From Octopus vulgaris (lineage: Eukaryota): DNA of 62,000 bases. The notes under the pieces were generated by a model. That model was not told the DNA's origin and did not search any database. It saw only the letters and a program-made list of their open reading frames with translations. How positions within the stretch are numbered: position 1 is the first letter of the stretch; every line of letters starts with the position of its first letter. Location of the stretch: positions 15,086,001-15,148,000 of the forward strand of contig OX597825.1 in the NCBI GenBank assembly GCA_951406725.2, written 5' to 3'. This document shows, piece after piece, positions 12,641 to 25,734 of the stretch. A program made the translations under genes and the position numbers.

Positions 12641-13301
12641 CATATGTGAGCGCTCCATCGCAAACGAAAAGATGAAATGAGCCATGTTGTATACTGGGGT
12701 CAATATATTATAATACCTGCGTAAGCTACAAATGTTTACAAGCCAATGGGCATCACACTTAGTATGACAGATAAGTTGAGGATAGAGCCAAGAATTTTAG
12801 AAGAAAATTTACGAAGCACCATTAGTAATCTAATTCATTTGAATGCAACGTAATAAGTATATTTCGCTTTAGATATATATATGAAAAATACTTAACTAAT
12901 GCAGAAGTTCCGAAAAAGAATAACATTTATTCTGAATGATGTGACTTTTCAAGTGCAAAATATCAATTTAAATCTAGTGGAAATTGATTTTCATTTCTAT
13001 TTACCTAAGTTATTTCAGCTTTAAAGAGTACACGTCAATATATAGAGTTGCTATATAGATAAAGATGAAAGGGTAAGCTCACCCGTATAAATTTGAATGT
13101 AAACACAATGATACTCACCTGCACACTTGAATATGTGCATCTCTTAAAAATAAGAACGAACACACAGACACACACACACACACACACACGCGCATAAAAG
13201 ATGCAGCGACGGCTACAAAGTATTATACATACACGGGTATTCATAGTAGATCCATACATAAATATATGCATAAATACATGCATACACAAATACACATACA
13301 T

Positions 13302-13336
<35 letters not shown>

Positions 13337-13338
13337 CA

Positions 13339-13388
<50 letters not shown>

Positions 13389-15081
13389 TGTATATACATG
13401 AAAGCCTATATAATATGTCTACCTATGTATATATATATCTACGATATATGTATAATCTGAAATAATATAGATATTATATACATGCTATACTATTACATAA
13501 ATGTGTGTGTGTGAGTGTATGTGTATGTATGCATCTATATATGTATATAAGTATAATTGAGAGACGACGATATTCAAAAGGGTAAAATATAGTCACAAAA
13601 GAATTATTGTGCTGTGTGACTTGTAAATATGTTGAGAAAGAACACTATTGGTAAATATGCAAATAAATATCGAATTAAAATTTCAGTAGACATCACGTGA
13701 TGTTCCTTATATACACTGGAACCTTCAGCAGACAGAAGGAGAAACTATTAAGCTTATTTTTTATATTGTTGTTAGTTAGACCGTCTTAAATTTCACAGTG
13801 AATGACAAGGTATGATGTCGGTTCTAAAATGACCAAATGAAATGAGACAATGAGTAACCAATTGTATTTTGCTTTCGATCGCTTAAAGAATTTTATATTA
13901 ATCTTGGAAAAATGTTCCTACGTGATTCAAGAAATGGTGATATACCTGAATAATTCTACGAGTTTCAGAATATAACTTTTACATGAACGTTGAATAGCCT
14001 ATTCCATTATATTTGCCATAATACCTTAACAACATCGTAATATACAAATCCAGTTCACCTTATCCATCATTATATACTCCCTGCGATGAGAATATCAGTG
14101 TTCACTTCTCTAAACAAAATAAAAAGTCCAAATTTATTTTCAATCTAGATTTCAGTTCAGATCTGTCAATACCTATTTTTCCCGCCTGATTTACACTAAG
14201 CAGTCTAGTATTTATTTAGGACATACATAACTCACTGACTGAATAAAAAAAAACCCATACAATTTCATGTACTGTGCATAGTTTTTATTTCAACTTATAA
14301 GTCGTATCCTCTCATTCATTGACAAATTATAGTTTATTTAATTTAAATCAATCCATTTGATATTTAATCAAATAAAATTACATGGACAGGTTAATGTTTT
14401 TTCTCTCATTTTATAGATTCAAATTTAATTTAATGATGATGGTTTGATAAATTGGATTATGGATGTATGTGTAGAAGTAAGTGGAAGTAATATAACACAT
14501 TTAATAAAAGTTTAATTATTCCATAATGCACAGAAGGATGCATATGGTTTTTGTTATATTGGAACATATAACGTGATAAGTAGAAGTTTTGAAGAATATT
14601 AATTTTGTGTGGCGTATAGGCGAACATTCTAAATTTCCATACCGTACAATTTGTCGGAGAAATCGTTATGAATTTTCATAAAGCTCAAACGTATATAAAT
14701 AAATTAGAAGGAAGATGAAAAGGTCGATAAGATAGTTAAGAATTGTATGTAGTTAGAGAATGTAACAGCGGAAAAGACCCGATTAGTCATCTGTTTGTTA
14801 CTTCTTACATATACTGCGTGCTACCGATTTAAATATATTGTTTTACGAAGAAAGAATCGTGTGTCATAGAAACTGTTTCTACTAACAACAATTAACAAGA
14901 AACGTTGTTGTCTATATTTAAAATTTCATCTACAATCTATGGTAACCATTATTATCAAAAGTGTTATATTTGCGTTGTACATTTTAATCAATGAAAAACA
15001 AATTCTTCAATACCAAATGTCAACCCTAATCATATTTTGATTAGTATATATGGTTCACTTTGATATCGTTAACTATTTTCA

Positions 15082-15142
<61 letters not shown>

Positions 15143-15819
15143 CATATACATACATATATATATTTCCTAGGCATATACAAAAGGATATACAAAAGATATA
15201 CAAAATTATTCAGTAAAATGTAAATATTCTTATGTTAACATTGAAATATCTGAAAAAGTAAATATATGTAAGTGAAAACGTCTGCTTAAAATATATTTCT
15301 AGGCAATATGTTTCCAAGAGAACAGAAGGCAATGCCTCAAAGAGAGATCTCCAAACACATTAGAAATCGTTTCCAATCGTACATAATGAATAGCAGTCCA
15401 TGAGGCGCTAGGAAACACAAACATATGGATTGATAATTGAATACAGTACAATAGAAACTAAAACCATTACTCTGAGTTTCATACATTTTTATCTCTATAA
15501 AAAACGGTATGATAACAGGGAATATGTAGTTGAAAATATTGACCATCTGCGAGTTTAGGATGCTGTTATCAAAGAGAATGAAATATTTCAACAATGAAGA
15601 ATGTAACTCAACAATAGTTAACCGAAGTGCTTAAATTCTAACTGTAGCTTCTGTAAAAATGATTGCTATATGTACGGTGTGTAAAGAAAGAGTGAGTGTC
15701 CATGGCTGGTACAGCCCCCACCTAGAGCAGTGAGATGATCATTAGAAATCAAATCTAAACGAACAGGGGGTTACGATTGAATTTTCATAAATTCTATTAT
15801 ATAGCAAGGCAGCAAGATA

Positions 15820-16377
15820 TTGAGATGTCCGAAAAGTTCTTGCCGATTTTAAGAGGAAAATAAAAGGTCAATAAATACTTGCCATTACATTTTTAATCAA
15901 CTAATTATGAACCATTTTGAACATCTCCATCTTTCCTTCAACTTGAAAATACCCCCTTCCCAGAATCGAGGTGGTTTCATGGCAAATAATTAATCAAGGT
16001 ATCTTTTTACGTCATACAAGGAATTGAAATTTTTACCATTAAGACTATTCTGCAGAGACCCAAATAAGTGGAAATCCGAAGGAGCAATATCTGGTGAATA
16101 TGGAGGGTGGGGTAACACATCCCAGCCGAGCTGCAGCAATTTTTGTCTGATTCCCAAAGCATCAAGTGCCGAAAACGAACTTTCTTATCTTCCATTTTAA
16201 AGGGTTACAGAATGAACACAGGTTATAGGAACATAAACCTTCTTCCACGAAAAGATAGCTTAAAATGTGCTCTAAATGGAGGTGTGTTTAAATAATATCT
16301 TATGGACTGAACTATGTTCTAAAGTAAGTCGAAATGTAAGCTACTATAAATCGGCACGAACTTTCCGGACAATCCAA
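15820..16377 (-). mobile_element. Internally deleted mariner element (MITE-like, 558 bp) with both TIRs
   Basis: ~30-bp imperfect TIRs TTGAGATGTCCGAAAAGTTCTTGCCGATTT / AAATCGGCACGAACTTTCCGGACAATCCAA, with TA outside the left TIR. The N-terminus MEDKKVRFRHLMLWE is fused to the C-terminal RQKLLQLGWDVLPHPPYSPDIAPSDFHLFGSLQNSLNGKNF. Confidence 0.92.
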
Positions 16378-19300
16378 GAGAAACAAAAACGTAACTAAAC
16401 CAAAAGTGAGATTATTTATGGCTAACAATATTCTCGTATTTGCCACTAATGCTTCTAGAACTGCAGCGAATATTGAAGTTTCTATTTCAAATATTCACAT
16501 TTTCACCTATTGTAGAACTCTTTCTCTAGCTATAGAGTCGCACGGAAATATATTTTATATTTTATAGAATATAAAACTAGAAATTTGAAAGAACCTTTAT
16601 TTCTGAATAAAAAAAATAAATATATAAATGTAAATAGACATTCATGCTCAACTTTTCAAGCAAGACTGTTAGGTTTTATATTCTATTTAATATTATTTCA
16701 TTGAAAACATTCTTTTTATTCCTACGAGTTTAAAGAACATCTCTCTTGAATTCTCACAAGTCTTTATCAATAATGGACAATATCTTTCAAAAGGTAATCT
16801 ATAGATTTCTGATCAATAATTCTAACTTGAGTATCATTTTTGCTTCAAAAATAAACGTAATGTTTTCTGTAATATTATTTTTGTCATCGTTAGTACTTTC
16901 TTAGTTTTCAGAGAAAAACTTTATCCGAAACTACATTGACTGTTTTTTTTTTCTTTTCTTTCAATAATAACACAGGATTCAATACTAACGCATTTTAGTA
17001 ACTTTGAAATAGGTTTCTGCATATTGTTTGCCATTGTTGTTCCTGCTGCTTAACCTTTTTCTAGCCAAGTAAATGTCAGCTGTGTTCATGATTAAAGGAC
17101 TAAAGTATTTTTGAAATTTCATGAAATTCATAACAATTGAATTACAAAAATATATTGCGTTCCTCAACGTTTCTCGTTATTTTGTTTTTAAATTTTCATA
17201 TTCACTAATCTGTAAAGGAGGAGTAATGCCAGTGGCCATTTTCTAAACCCAACCTCTTATAACGAGGAGTTGGTGCACACAGAGACATTTGATGGACGCA
17301 ATGTTTATCTGGAATTGATGGAAGTAGTTATTATTGTTGCTGTTGTTATATTAATAATTTTTTAAAATTATTATTATTAATAGTAGTGACGATGTTATTA
17401 TTAGTATTGTTCTTGTGTTTCTTTGTGTGTCTGCATGACGCCCCTTCAAATTGCTCGTAATATTTGTTTTCACCACTTTATAAAAGCCTACGTTTAATTT
17501 TGTTTTCTTTCCGCACTTTTTTTCAGACCCGACTGGGTACCTGAGGAACTGTTTAGTTCCATGCTGTTCTTGCTCTTCTCGAGTAGAAGCAATGTTTCCT
17601 GAAACCTGAAGATTTTAAATTAAAACATTGGTTTATTAAATTAAATTTCATTATCGTTATTTATGTTGTTCTTAATTTTATTGTTGTTTATATATCGTCA
17701 GCAAGAGGAGTTACAAAAATATTCATAATAGAAGCAGCGACAGATAACTAGATGAGCGAATCAACTGCTCAACCTCAGAAATCATGCAAATGCTTCCTCT
17801 CGCTACCCGCTTTTATCCAATATGGCATTGGCTAGAATAAACGTAGTGAATACGTATGGTCGCGGTTACGACGGATGCATAGGCACCTGCTGAATAATCT
17901 CAGACCCCAAATTGTAAATGTAATGGCCGTCAGTGCATGTAGAAAAACATAGGCATAAGACTTAACATCGTTTTGCGGTGGCTACGAGTAAAACACATCT
18001 TCATGTTGACTGGGATAATGAAATGAAGTAGTGCTGCTCCAAACGAGCCTGAATTTTACCAACTGAATTGATTCAGAGGTGAAATTCGTGATGTTGGACC
18101 ACATTACCGAATAAGGGCGTGTCTTCTAGATAGTAGCCATCTCGGCCCAGCAGAGGAAGGGCAACGAGATGTATTTAGGCCTAAATATTTTACATTTGTA
18201 ATGCAGATTTCCTTCGGTAATCTTACGGCAATATCAACTTAAAACCTCTAGCTCTGAGAGGGGTAGGTAAGCGCTGATGGGAAAGAGGATCCTTAATAAT
18301 TGACACCTTCAAAGTAGCAAATGCAGATCTCATATTAATAATTACATCTCAAGTAAAACTTTTGCTTCAAAAATAAACGCTGTTCTTTGTTTAAGCCGGT
18401 ATACTTCATTTAAATCGCTAGTACCAGGTTGAATGTTTGGAATTTATAGTCACGGTTTTGTCATATTTCAGTAGACGACGGGAGAACTCTCAGATATTTC
18501 GCTGTCTAGCACATATGTAGAATATTTGAGTGATTAACATATTCAACTTTTATAGATTTACCATAACAGAATCACTCAAATATACAAATATTTCGTTTGA
18601 ATATATTGAAATAAAGATCTAACACTGTCGGTGAATTGAAAGAAGAGATTTCAAACTTAAAACGAAAGCAAAACTGCAGAATTATTCGTATAGTAATATT
18701 AATTTTAATTACATATTTGTATTTATGTCGATTGATTAATGATCAAAGATATTAGAGCTTACTACTAAGTGTTATTAAACAAAGAAGTTATCGCCTCCGT
18801 TTTCTTATGGAACAACGCCTGTGAGATATAATATTAGTAGTGAACTATTCACTTCGTAATATTATCTCCGAGGTTTATTTTATTGTTTGTTTCCTTTAGA
18901 CTATCTTGCAGTTAAAATAACATGAATTCTCTATTTGGCGTCGAAGTATTGTATATATTTTCAACAGAAAGTGTCACACAAAATGGTGAGATACGATAGA
19001 ATCAAGAACCGCTTCCACTTCAATTGCCAGAAATATTTTGAATATATAAATGAGTTTGCATTGAGATGCAGATCAAAGCTAACAGAATAATCTGATTCTT
19101 AATGAAAGACTTCGCTGAGTATTTCAAATATGATTACAATTTTCTTGCACATAATATTTAATGCTTCGAAAAGTCAAATTTTTACCCAATACATTTTATG
19201 GTTTCTAATAGATGCGATTACGATTTTCTCATATTCAATTTCCCATTGAACTCTATATGTCATCTTCCGATGAACACATCATCATTGCTAGAAAAGGAGG

Positions 19301-19854
19301 ACTTTGATCATAATACGAATTTTTCTCATTTTCTTATCTCCTCGGAAAATAGACACTTGCCTAAAATATTTTGTTGCATTTTCTACTCTCGTATTTTATA
19401 GTGTTTGACTATTGTATCTCTTGCTTTCGTAGTTTCTCTGCGTTTATTTAATCATTAAATTAAAAGTACGTGTCAGTAAATAAAGTATTTAAACGCTTAT
19501 AATGAAATAAATCATGTTTTAACAAATTAGAAAATGTGGGTCTACAATGTTTTCTACCAGTCCGGTAGTTGAAATAAACCTTAAACGAATGAGAAATTGT
19601 AATGAAATGATATAAACTATGGAATTGTATAATGAATCCTCGGATGTGACATTTCTCCACAATATACAGACGAAGTACAATGAATATAAAAGAAGTGACA
19701 TCTTCAAAAATGCTAAATCAAAAGACAATTTGAGCTTGCTGATCAAGAACACCTTCATATGTTCAAGTATATTTTACTGCAGCAAAACGACATTATTTTG
19801 TTTGCTAAATAGTTTGGCCCTATTGAAATACAAGTACAACTATTTTTTTGCCAT

Positions 19855-19980
19855 CTGAGTTGACTAGAGCAACGGGATATAGCGTGTTTTGCTCAAGGAC
19901 ACAACGCGTCGAAGGAAATTGAACTCAAGACCTTACAATTGCGAGTGGAATGCCCTAACCACTAACCAACGTGCATTCAC
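19855..19980 (-). mobile_element. Degenerate tRNA-SINE head fragment
   Basis: Minus strand TGGTTAG...GAGTTCAATTTCC...GTGTTGTGTCCTTGAGCAA. A similar fragment lies at ~58975-59075. Confidence 0.55.
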
Positions 19981-20039
19981 ACATACTATATACACTAAAG
20001 CGAGTATGGAGACATTGACTGTTATTTCATTTTCATGAA

Positions 20040-20690
20040 TGCAGTGATCTGGTTGAATCGTTAGCACGTCGGCCAAAATGCTTAGAAGTATTTCGTCTGT
20101 CTTTACGTTCTGATTTCAAATTCCGCCGCGGTCGACTATGCTTTCGTCCTTTTCGGGTCGATAAATTTAGTATCAGTTGCGTACTGCGGTTGCTCTAATC
20201 GTACTGCGGTTGCTCTAATTTCGGGTCTTGTTCCTAGAGTAGAAAAGAATATTTTTTCTCTCCAAAAATACATTTATATGCCATAGAAAAAAATTTGAAA
20301 ACTTATAATTTTTTTTTAAAGGAGGCGAGATGGCAGAAATGTTTAACGGTATTTCATCTGTCTTTACGATCTGAGTTCAAATTCCGCCGAGGTCGACTTT
20401 GCCTTTCATCCTTTCAGGGCCGGTATATTAAGTACCAGTTGCGTACTGGGGTCGATCTAATGGTTGGCCCGCTCCCCAAAATTTCGGGCCTTGTGCCTAG
20501 AGTAGAAAAGAATCCATAAAACGCCGGGCAAAATGCTCAGCAGCATTTCAACTTACACTGAGATTGAATTTGCCATTCATCCTTCTGGGTCGATAAAATA
20601 AGTACCTGTTGAGCATTTCCCTCGATGTAATCGACTTATCTTCTCCAATCCCACGCCGAAACTTCTGGCTTTGTACCAAAATTAGAGAGC
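20040..20690 (+). mobile_element. Cluster of three family-B-type SINE copies
   Basis: Three successive GTCGAT(A)AA..AGTACC cores with tRNA-like heads. Tails of the type CCCCAAAATTTCGGGCCTTGTGCCTAGAGTAGAAAAG. 20-bp tandem duplication GTACTGCGGTTGCTCTAAT(C/T) at ~20181-20220. Confidence 0.75.
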
Positions 20691-21387
20691 AATATTTCTT
20701 TTGTTATCGAGTTAACAGCGAACTTTTCCTGTATTTCATATTTACAAATAGTCTGGAATAGATGAAAGTAAGAAAATTGTTAAATAAAAGAGTTCAATAT
20801 TTATAATAGAATACACTAAATGAAAAACCAGCTGCCTATTTTTGAGCAGATGTTCAAATTAGCGTTCAGTTTTCTAAGAATGTCCTAACTACATTATCTA
20901 TTTAAGAAGTGCTTTGCTATATTCGTATCTGAATATATATCATATAATTCTTATTTTCAGCAAATCAAAAATAGAAGTATACAATGAGGATTATTCTCAC
21001 AAACCTTAATTATTAGTACGATAATCACACATTCCATTCCAAGTACATTCAATGAACCGAAATTTACCATAAGCCTGGAGACGCAGATGTAAGGCTGATT
21101 CCAAGTAAAGGAGACCGAACGTATGGCTAGCAATTATTTAAATGAATTCTACAGACGCGGCTGAATAAATATATATTTCTTGTATTTCAGTTTATTGTAC
21201 GATTTAATGCGTAAATATACGTATGTCTATGTCTTTGTTGGAGTGCGCATGGGTGTGTTTAGATAGTACACAGTATATTAATATCCATGTTTTTCCTAGA
21301 AGAATAGCTGATCATGTACTCAAACCAATTCATATATATGAACAGTTACATTAGTACACAATTACATACATATACATAATATCTGCG

Positions 21388-21430
<43 letters not shown>

Positions 21431-21723
21431 TGAAAGATCAATTCCAGTACCACAGGAATGAGACATTCATATTTAAAATGTTAAATTGAATTACTTTCAA
21501 TAATTAATTCTTATATATCAAAATAGTGTTAGAGATAGAACCACCCACAACTTCATCAACTCCAAACGATATTATATTAACCAAGCTATAGAATATTAAA
21601 TATTATACTTATTATTTACATTCATAATCCCAAACTTTTTCCATATTACTGACTACACATGTTTCATGTGTACGTATGGTATTGTTAAGACACAATGTCT
21701 CATTCAAAAATTCATATATATAT

Positions 21724-21879
21724 GGAGTGGTTGTGTGGTAAGTAGCTTGCTAACCAACCTCATGGTTCCGGGTTCAGTCCCACTGCGTGGCACCTTGGGC
21801 AAGTGTCTTCTGTTATAGCCCCGGCCCGACCAATGCCTTGTGAGTGGATTTGGTAGACGGAAACTGAACGAAGCCTGTC

Positions 21880-21921
<42 letters not shown>

Positions 21922-22130
21922 TTGTGTGTCTGTGTTTGTTCCCCTAGCATTGCTTGACAACCGATGCTGGTGTGTTTACGTCCCCGTCACTTAGCGGTTC
22001 GGCAAAAAGAGACCGATAGAATAAGTACTGGGCTTACAAAGAATAAGTCCCGGGGTCGATTTGTTCGACTAAAGGCGGTGCTCCAGCATGGCCGCAGTCA
22101 AATGACTGAAACAAGTAAAAGAGTAAAGAG
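21724..22130 (+). mobile_element. SINE family A
   Basis: Near-identical to 35322-35732 and to the reverse complement of 5595-6004. Confidence 0.88.
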
Positions 22131-22164
22131 TATATATATATATAATATATTTTCTTTTCTACTC

Positions 22165-22300
22165 CAGGTTCCAGGCCCGAAATTAGATCGACACTAGTAG
22201 GCAAGTGGTACTTAATTTACAGACCCTGAAAGGATAAAAAGCACAGTCGACCTCGGCGGAATTTGAACTCAGAACGAAAAGACAGATTAAATATCGCTAA
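22165..22300 (-). mobile_element. Degenerate family-B-type SINE
   Basis: GGTACTTAATTTACAGACCCTGAAAGGATAAAAAGCACAGTCGACCTCGGCGGAATTTGAACTCAGAAC. Confidence 0.7.
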
Positions 22301-22431
22301 GACATCGTGCTTCTTATACAAGATGTGTTGCCTCCGAAATCAACTGAATATGTGAGCGAATAATAGCTAATATATTCGCATGAAACCGTTGATCAAGTCC
22401 TAAAGGTACTTCAATACACACGCAATACTCA

Positions 22432-22471
<40 letters not shown>

Positions 22472-22618
22472 AAAAGCAATAAAGATTCAAGTTAATTTAA
22501 AAGAATTTACTTGAATATGGTACCTAACTTAGATGCACCAAAAAAAACTATACTGATTTAACAATACAGTAATGTGGGGTGATTATAAGCGAGAATGAAG
22601 CAACAAGAATGGATAGGT

Positions 22619-22708
22619 TTTTAGTACAATCGTTTCATACAAGGACAGGTTTATTAAAAGTTGCAAAAATTACAGCATATAAACGTGTCCCGTACTCATC
22701 AGCTAAAA
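22619..22708 (-). ncRNA. Type I hammerhead ribozyme (left arm, mirror copy)
   Basis: Reverse complement of the right-arm motif. Predicted cut between 22625 and 22624. Confidence 0.85.
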
Positions 22709-22779
22709 TACATGTGAGTTCTCTAGACATCCTAGTGGTTGAGCCTCAACCACTAGGATGTCTAGAGAACTCACATGTA

Positions 22780-22870
22780 TTTTAGCTGATGAGTACGGGA
22801 CACGTTTATATGCTGTAATTTTTGCAACTTTTAATAAAACCTGTCCTTGTATGAAACGATTGTACTAAAA
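22780..22870 (+). ncRNA. Type I hammerhead ribozyme (right arm)
   Basis: Stem I TTTTAG (22780-85)/CTAAAA (22865-70), core CTGATGA (22786-92), long stem II GTACGGGACA.../...TGTCCTTGTAT, GAAAC (22853-57), loop GATT, triplet GTA (22862-64). Predicted cut after 22864. Confidence 0.85.
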
Positions 22871-23263
22871 ACCTATCCATTCTTGTTGCTTCATTCTCGC
22901 GTATATATATATACATATATGTGTGTGTATATATGTGCGTATGCATATATATGTTACATACATATATGTGTAAGTACATGTAGAAATGAGTGTGTATGTA
23001 TATTAATGCTTCTTTATGGAAATGTGCTGTATAAATCTACATATGAATAGGGAAGGATGTATATAGACATCCACAAGGAGAAAAGAGCAAAAAGGAAATC
23101 AGTCCATATTTACCATTCATTTACAATAACAATATTTAAATATCGTAAATTTTATCTCAGTTATTTAATTATTGTTATACTACTTCATATCCACTTATTC
23201 TTCATTGAATTTCGTTTTGATTTTAAAAGTATTATTGTTTTTTATCGTTGTTGTGCATAATGA

Positions 23264-23299
<36 letters not shown>

Positions 23300-23928
23300 A
23301 TTATTATTATTATTATTATTATTGTACATAGTGTTATCCCTTTTTTCTTCTCATCGTAAAACGCCTTACAACTTCGTTTATTTTCTTAGTACAGCTGTCA
23401 TTTTAAATAAATTCAAGATCGATACTGGAATCGCAGCATGACTACTATGATAAATAATATGAAAAAACAAAATTGAATACATTAAACAAAAGAAAGACGA
23501 CTTCAAGATCGAACTGCAATAGAAATAAATAGATTTGTAATTCAACTCGGCTACAGATCGAACGGAAAGAAAAATAAATTGTATATAATAGGTCACATGG
23601 AGTAACTTTAGCAGAGTTATATATTGAAGCTTTTCTACATCGAACCATCTCTCCATAGATAAAAACGTTACTACATATGGAGTCTGAAGCATATTTGCTT
23701 AAATACAAGTTGAATTAATTATACGCATTTGTATATAAATATTTATATATGTATAACAGTCTGTATTGATATGTATGTGTGTATATTGACAGGTAAACAG
23801 AAAGAGAAAGAGAAAATGACAGATAGATAGATAGATACATAGAATTTACCTATGCGCGTGTCATACACATACATATACATATATATATGCACTCATGCAT
23901 GCATGCATATGTAAGTGCATGTATGGGT

Positions 23929-24008
<80 letters not shown>

Positions 24009-24031
24009 GTATATATATGTATATGTATATA

Positions 24032-24096
<65 letters not shown>

Positions 24097-24274
24097 ACCG
24101 GAATAAAAACATAAATGTGAAACAAGGTGGAAAAAAGAGTACTCAAATACCAGTACATATCGGTTCCATTCTAGCAAAAACTGTCCGATGAACGGCAACG
24201 GGAAACTCAGAGTAACATGTTTTGTTGAATTTTCTGCTGCTTTAAATAAAGTATATATATATATATATATATAT

Positions 24275-24308
<34 letters not shown>

Positions 24309-25092
24309 ATGCTTGTGTGCCTATTAGGTGCACTTGTTGCTAGTGTATATAACAGGGTTTTTCACTTTATATTACCAAAACTGAGGCCAAGCCTGTGCAA
24401 AACTCAAGGAAACGTTTTCTATATGAGCTTCATATACCAATCTCATGATGCTATTACCACAGGCGTTCCGACTCACACCGGCTGTTGCACATCCTGAGCC
24501 GCAGCAGCTGTTTCTTGGATTGGGATTTCCTAAATTATCCTTGGGATCTGGTCATGCGTTTCGTACTTTCGGATATTGTGCCATCTATAGGGTGGAATTT
24601 AGACAGAGATACGGTTTGTATGTTTGTATGGAATTGTTATGAGAAGCCTCGCACAGTTCTTGTATTGTTTACTCGCCTCATTTCTAGCAGTGGGTTTTCC
24701 ACAGCTAAGCCAAGACCACTGCAAGCCCTTCCATGCTACAGAACTGTATATTCGTATTTTTTTCACTGCTCCTCTGAAATTAATCCAATAGCAGGGATAT
24801 GTACATAGTAGACTTCTAAACTGATGGCTGGCTTCACATTTTTCTTCTCGCTATATCTTGCAAGGCATTGTGATTTTACCAGTGTTTAAGCTATGCCAAG
24901 AAAATATATTTTGCCATCTACAATTCTGACAGAATATGATGCAGTGCTGCAGGATATGAGCGACTGCAATATAGTCAGTATTTGCTCGAGGAAAAGTAAT
25001 AAGAGCGAACGAAGCAACTATAGTAGGAAATTGCAAAAAAAAAAGGGGGAAAAGTTGTTCTCTGAACGTCAGTAATCTATGAAAATACTTAC

Positions 25093-25201
25093 CACAACAG
25101 GCATGTATTTTTCCTATCCACAACAAAAATAAAAATGCAGGGAGCAAAGACAACAACCATTCATCATAATATGAGAAAAACGACAGATGTGATAACATCA
25201 T
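25093..25201 (-). CDS. Speculative first coding exon with a signal-peptide-like segment
   Basis: MMLSHLSFFSYYDEWLLSLLPAFLFLLWIGKIHACC, then G|GTAAGT (phase-1 consensus donor). No downstream exon could be linked; may be chance. Confidence 0.15.
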
Positions 25202-25734
25202 ATGTAAATATATCTTGTAGTAGGCAAAGTAGCCATTTCCAATTTAGTACATTACATTTGCCAGTCGGAAAATCAACATCAACAATGTTCGTGAGACGAA
25301 ACCAGTGCGTTAACTGCTTTATACAAGATGCTTTTCATATATTGTCCCAACTGTTGTTTTATTTTGCTATAGTTTTCCTAATTCTATCACGAGAAGGAAT
25401 TGTTTTTGTGATGTTTGGGATAAGAGATTTACTGAATTACCAAGCATGTTTCTTTCTTGTTTTGTTTTGTTTTGGTTGTTTGTTTTTATCAATATCAGAA
25501 CGTTATTCCATTTATCTATTTAGAGACATGAGACTTGAATAAATCTCTTTGAAGAAATGTATAACTTTATGGCTAATATGATTTGAAAAATAAAAGTCAT
25601 GTTTGCAACTATTATCGAATTGTTTACCACTTTTTCACAAAAGAAGAAAAAAAACATTCCTGACAACAACAGGCATACAAGATATTTATCAACAAGCTGT
25701 TATACGTGAAAGAGAAAAAAGTAGAGATAAACAG

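Larger units (their letters stand above)
22589..22900. repeat. Near-perfect 312-bp palindrome (arms 155/156 bp, 1-nt spacer)
   Basis: Compared by eye base by base. The arms are exact reverse complements except one extra A in a homopolymer. Centre GGTTGAG-C-CTCAACC at 22744. Confidence 0.95.

Noticed and set aside
13684-13730. 14-bp palindrome ACATCACGTGATGT in a GGAAC...GTC context (minus strand)
   Set aside because: Both core halves are mutated (CTGAAGG, GGAAC) and there is no stem I. Could be a dead HHR or just an E-box palindrome.
19520-19858. Long + frame with a single TAA before MELYNESSD..., as readthrough or editing-rescued coding sequence
   Set aside because: No recognisable homology, no clear splice signals, and such frames are not rare enough to support the idea.
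21648-21705. Minus-strand GAAAC-ATGT-GTA with a TGTGT/ACACA stem
   Set aside because: The CTGANGA core and the stem I partner are absent. Too little to call.
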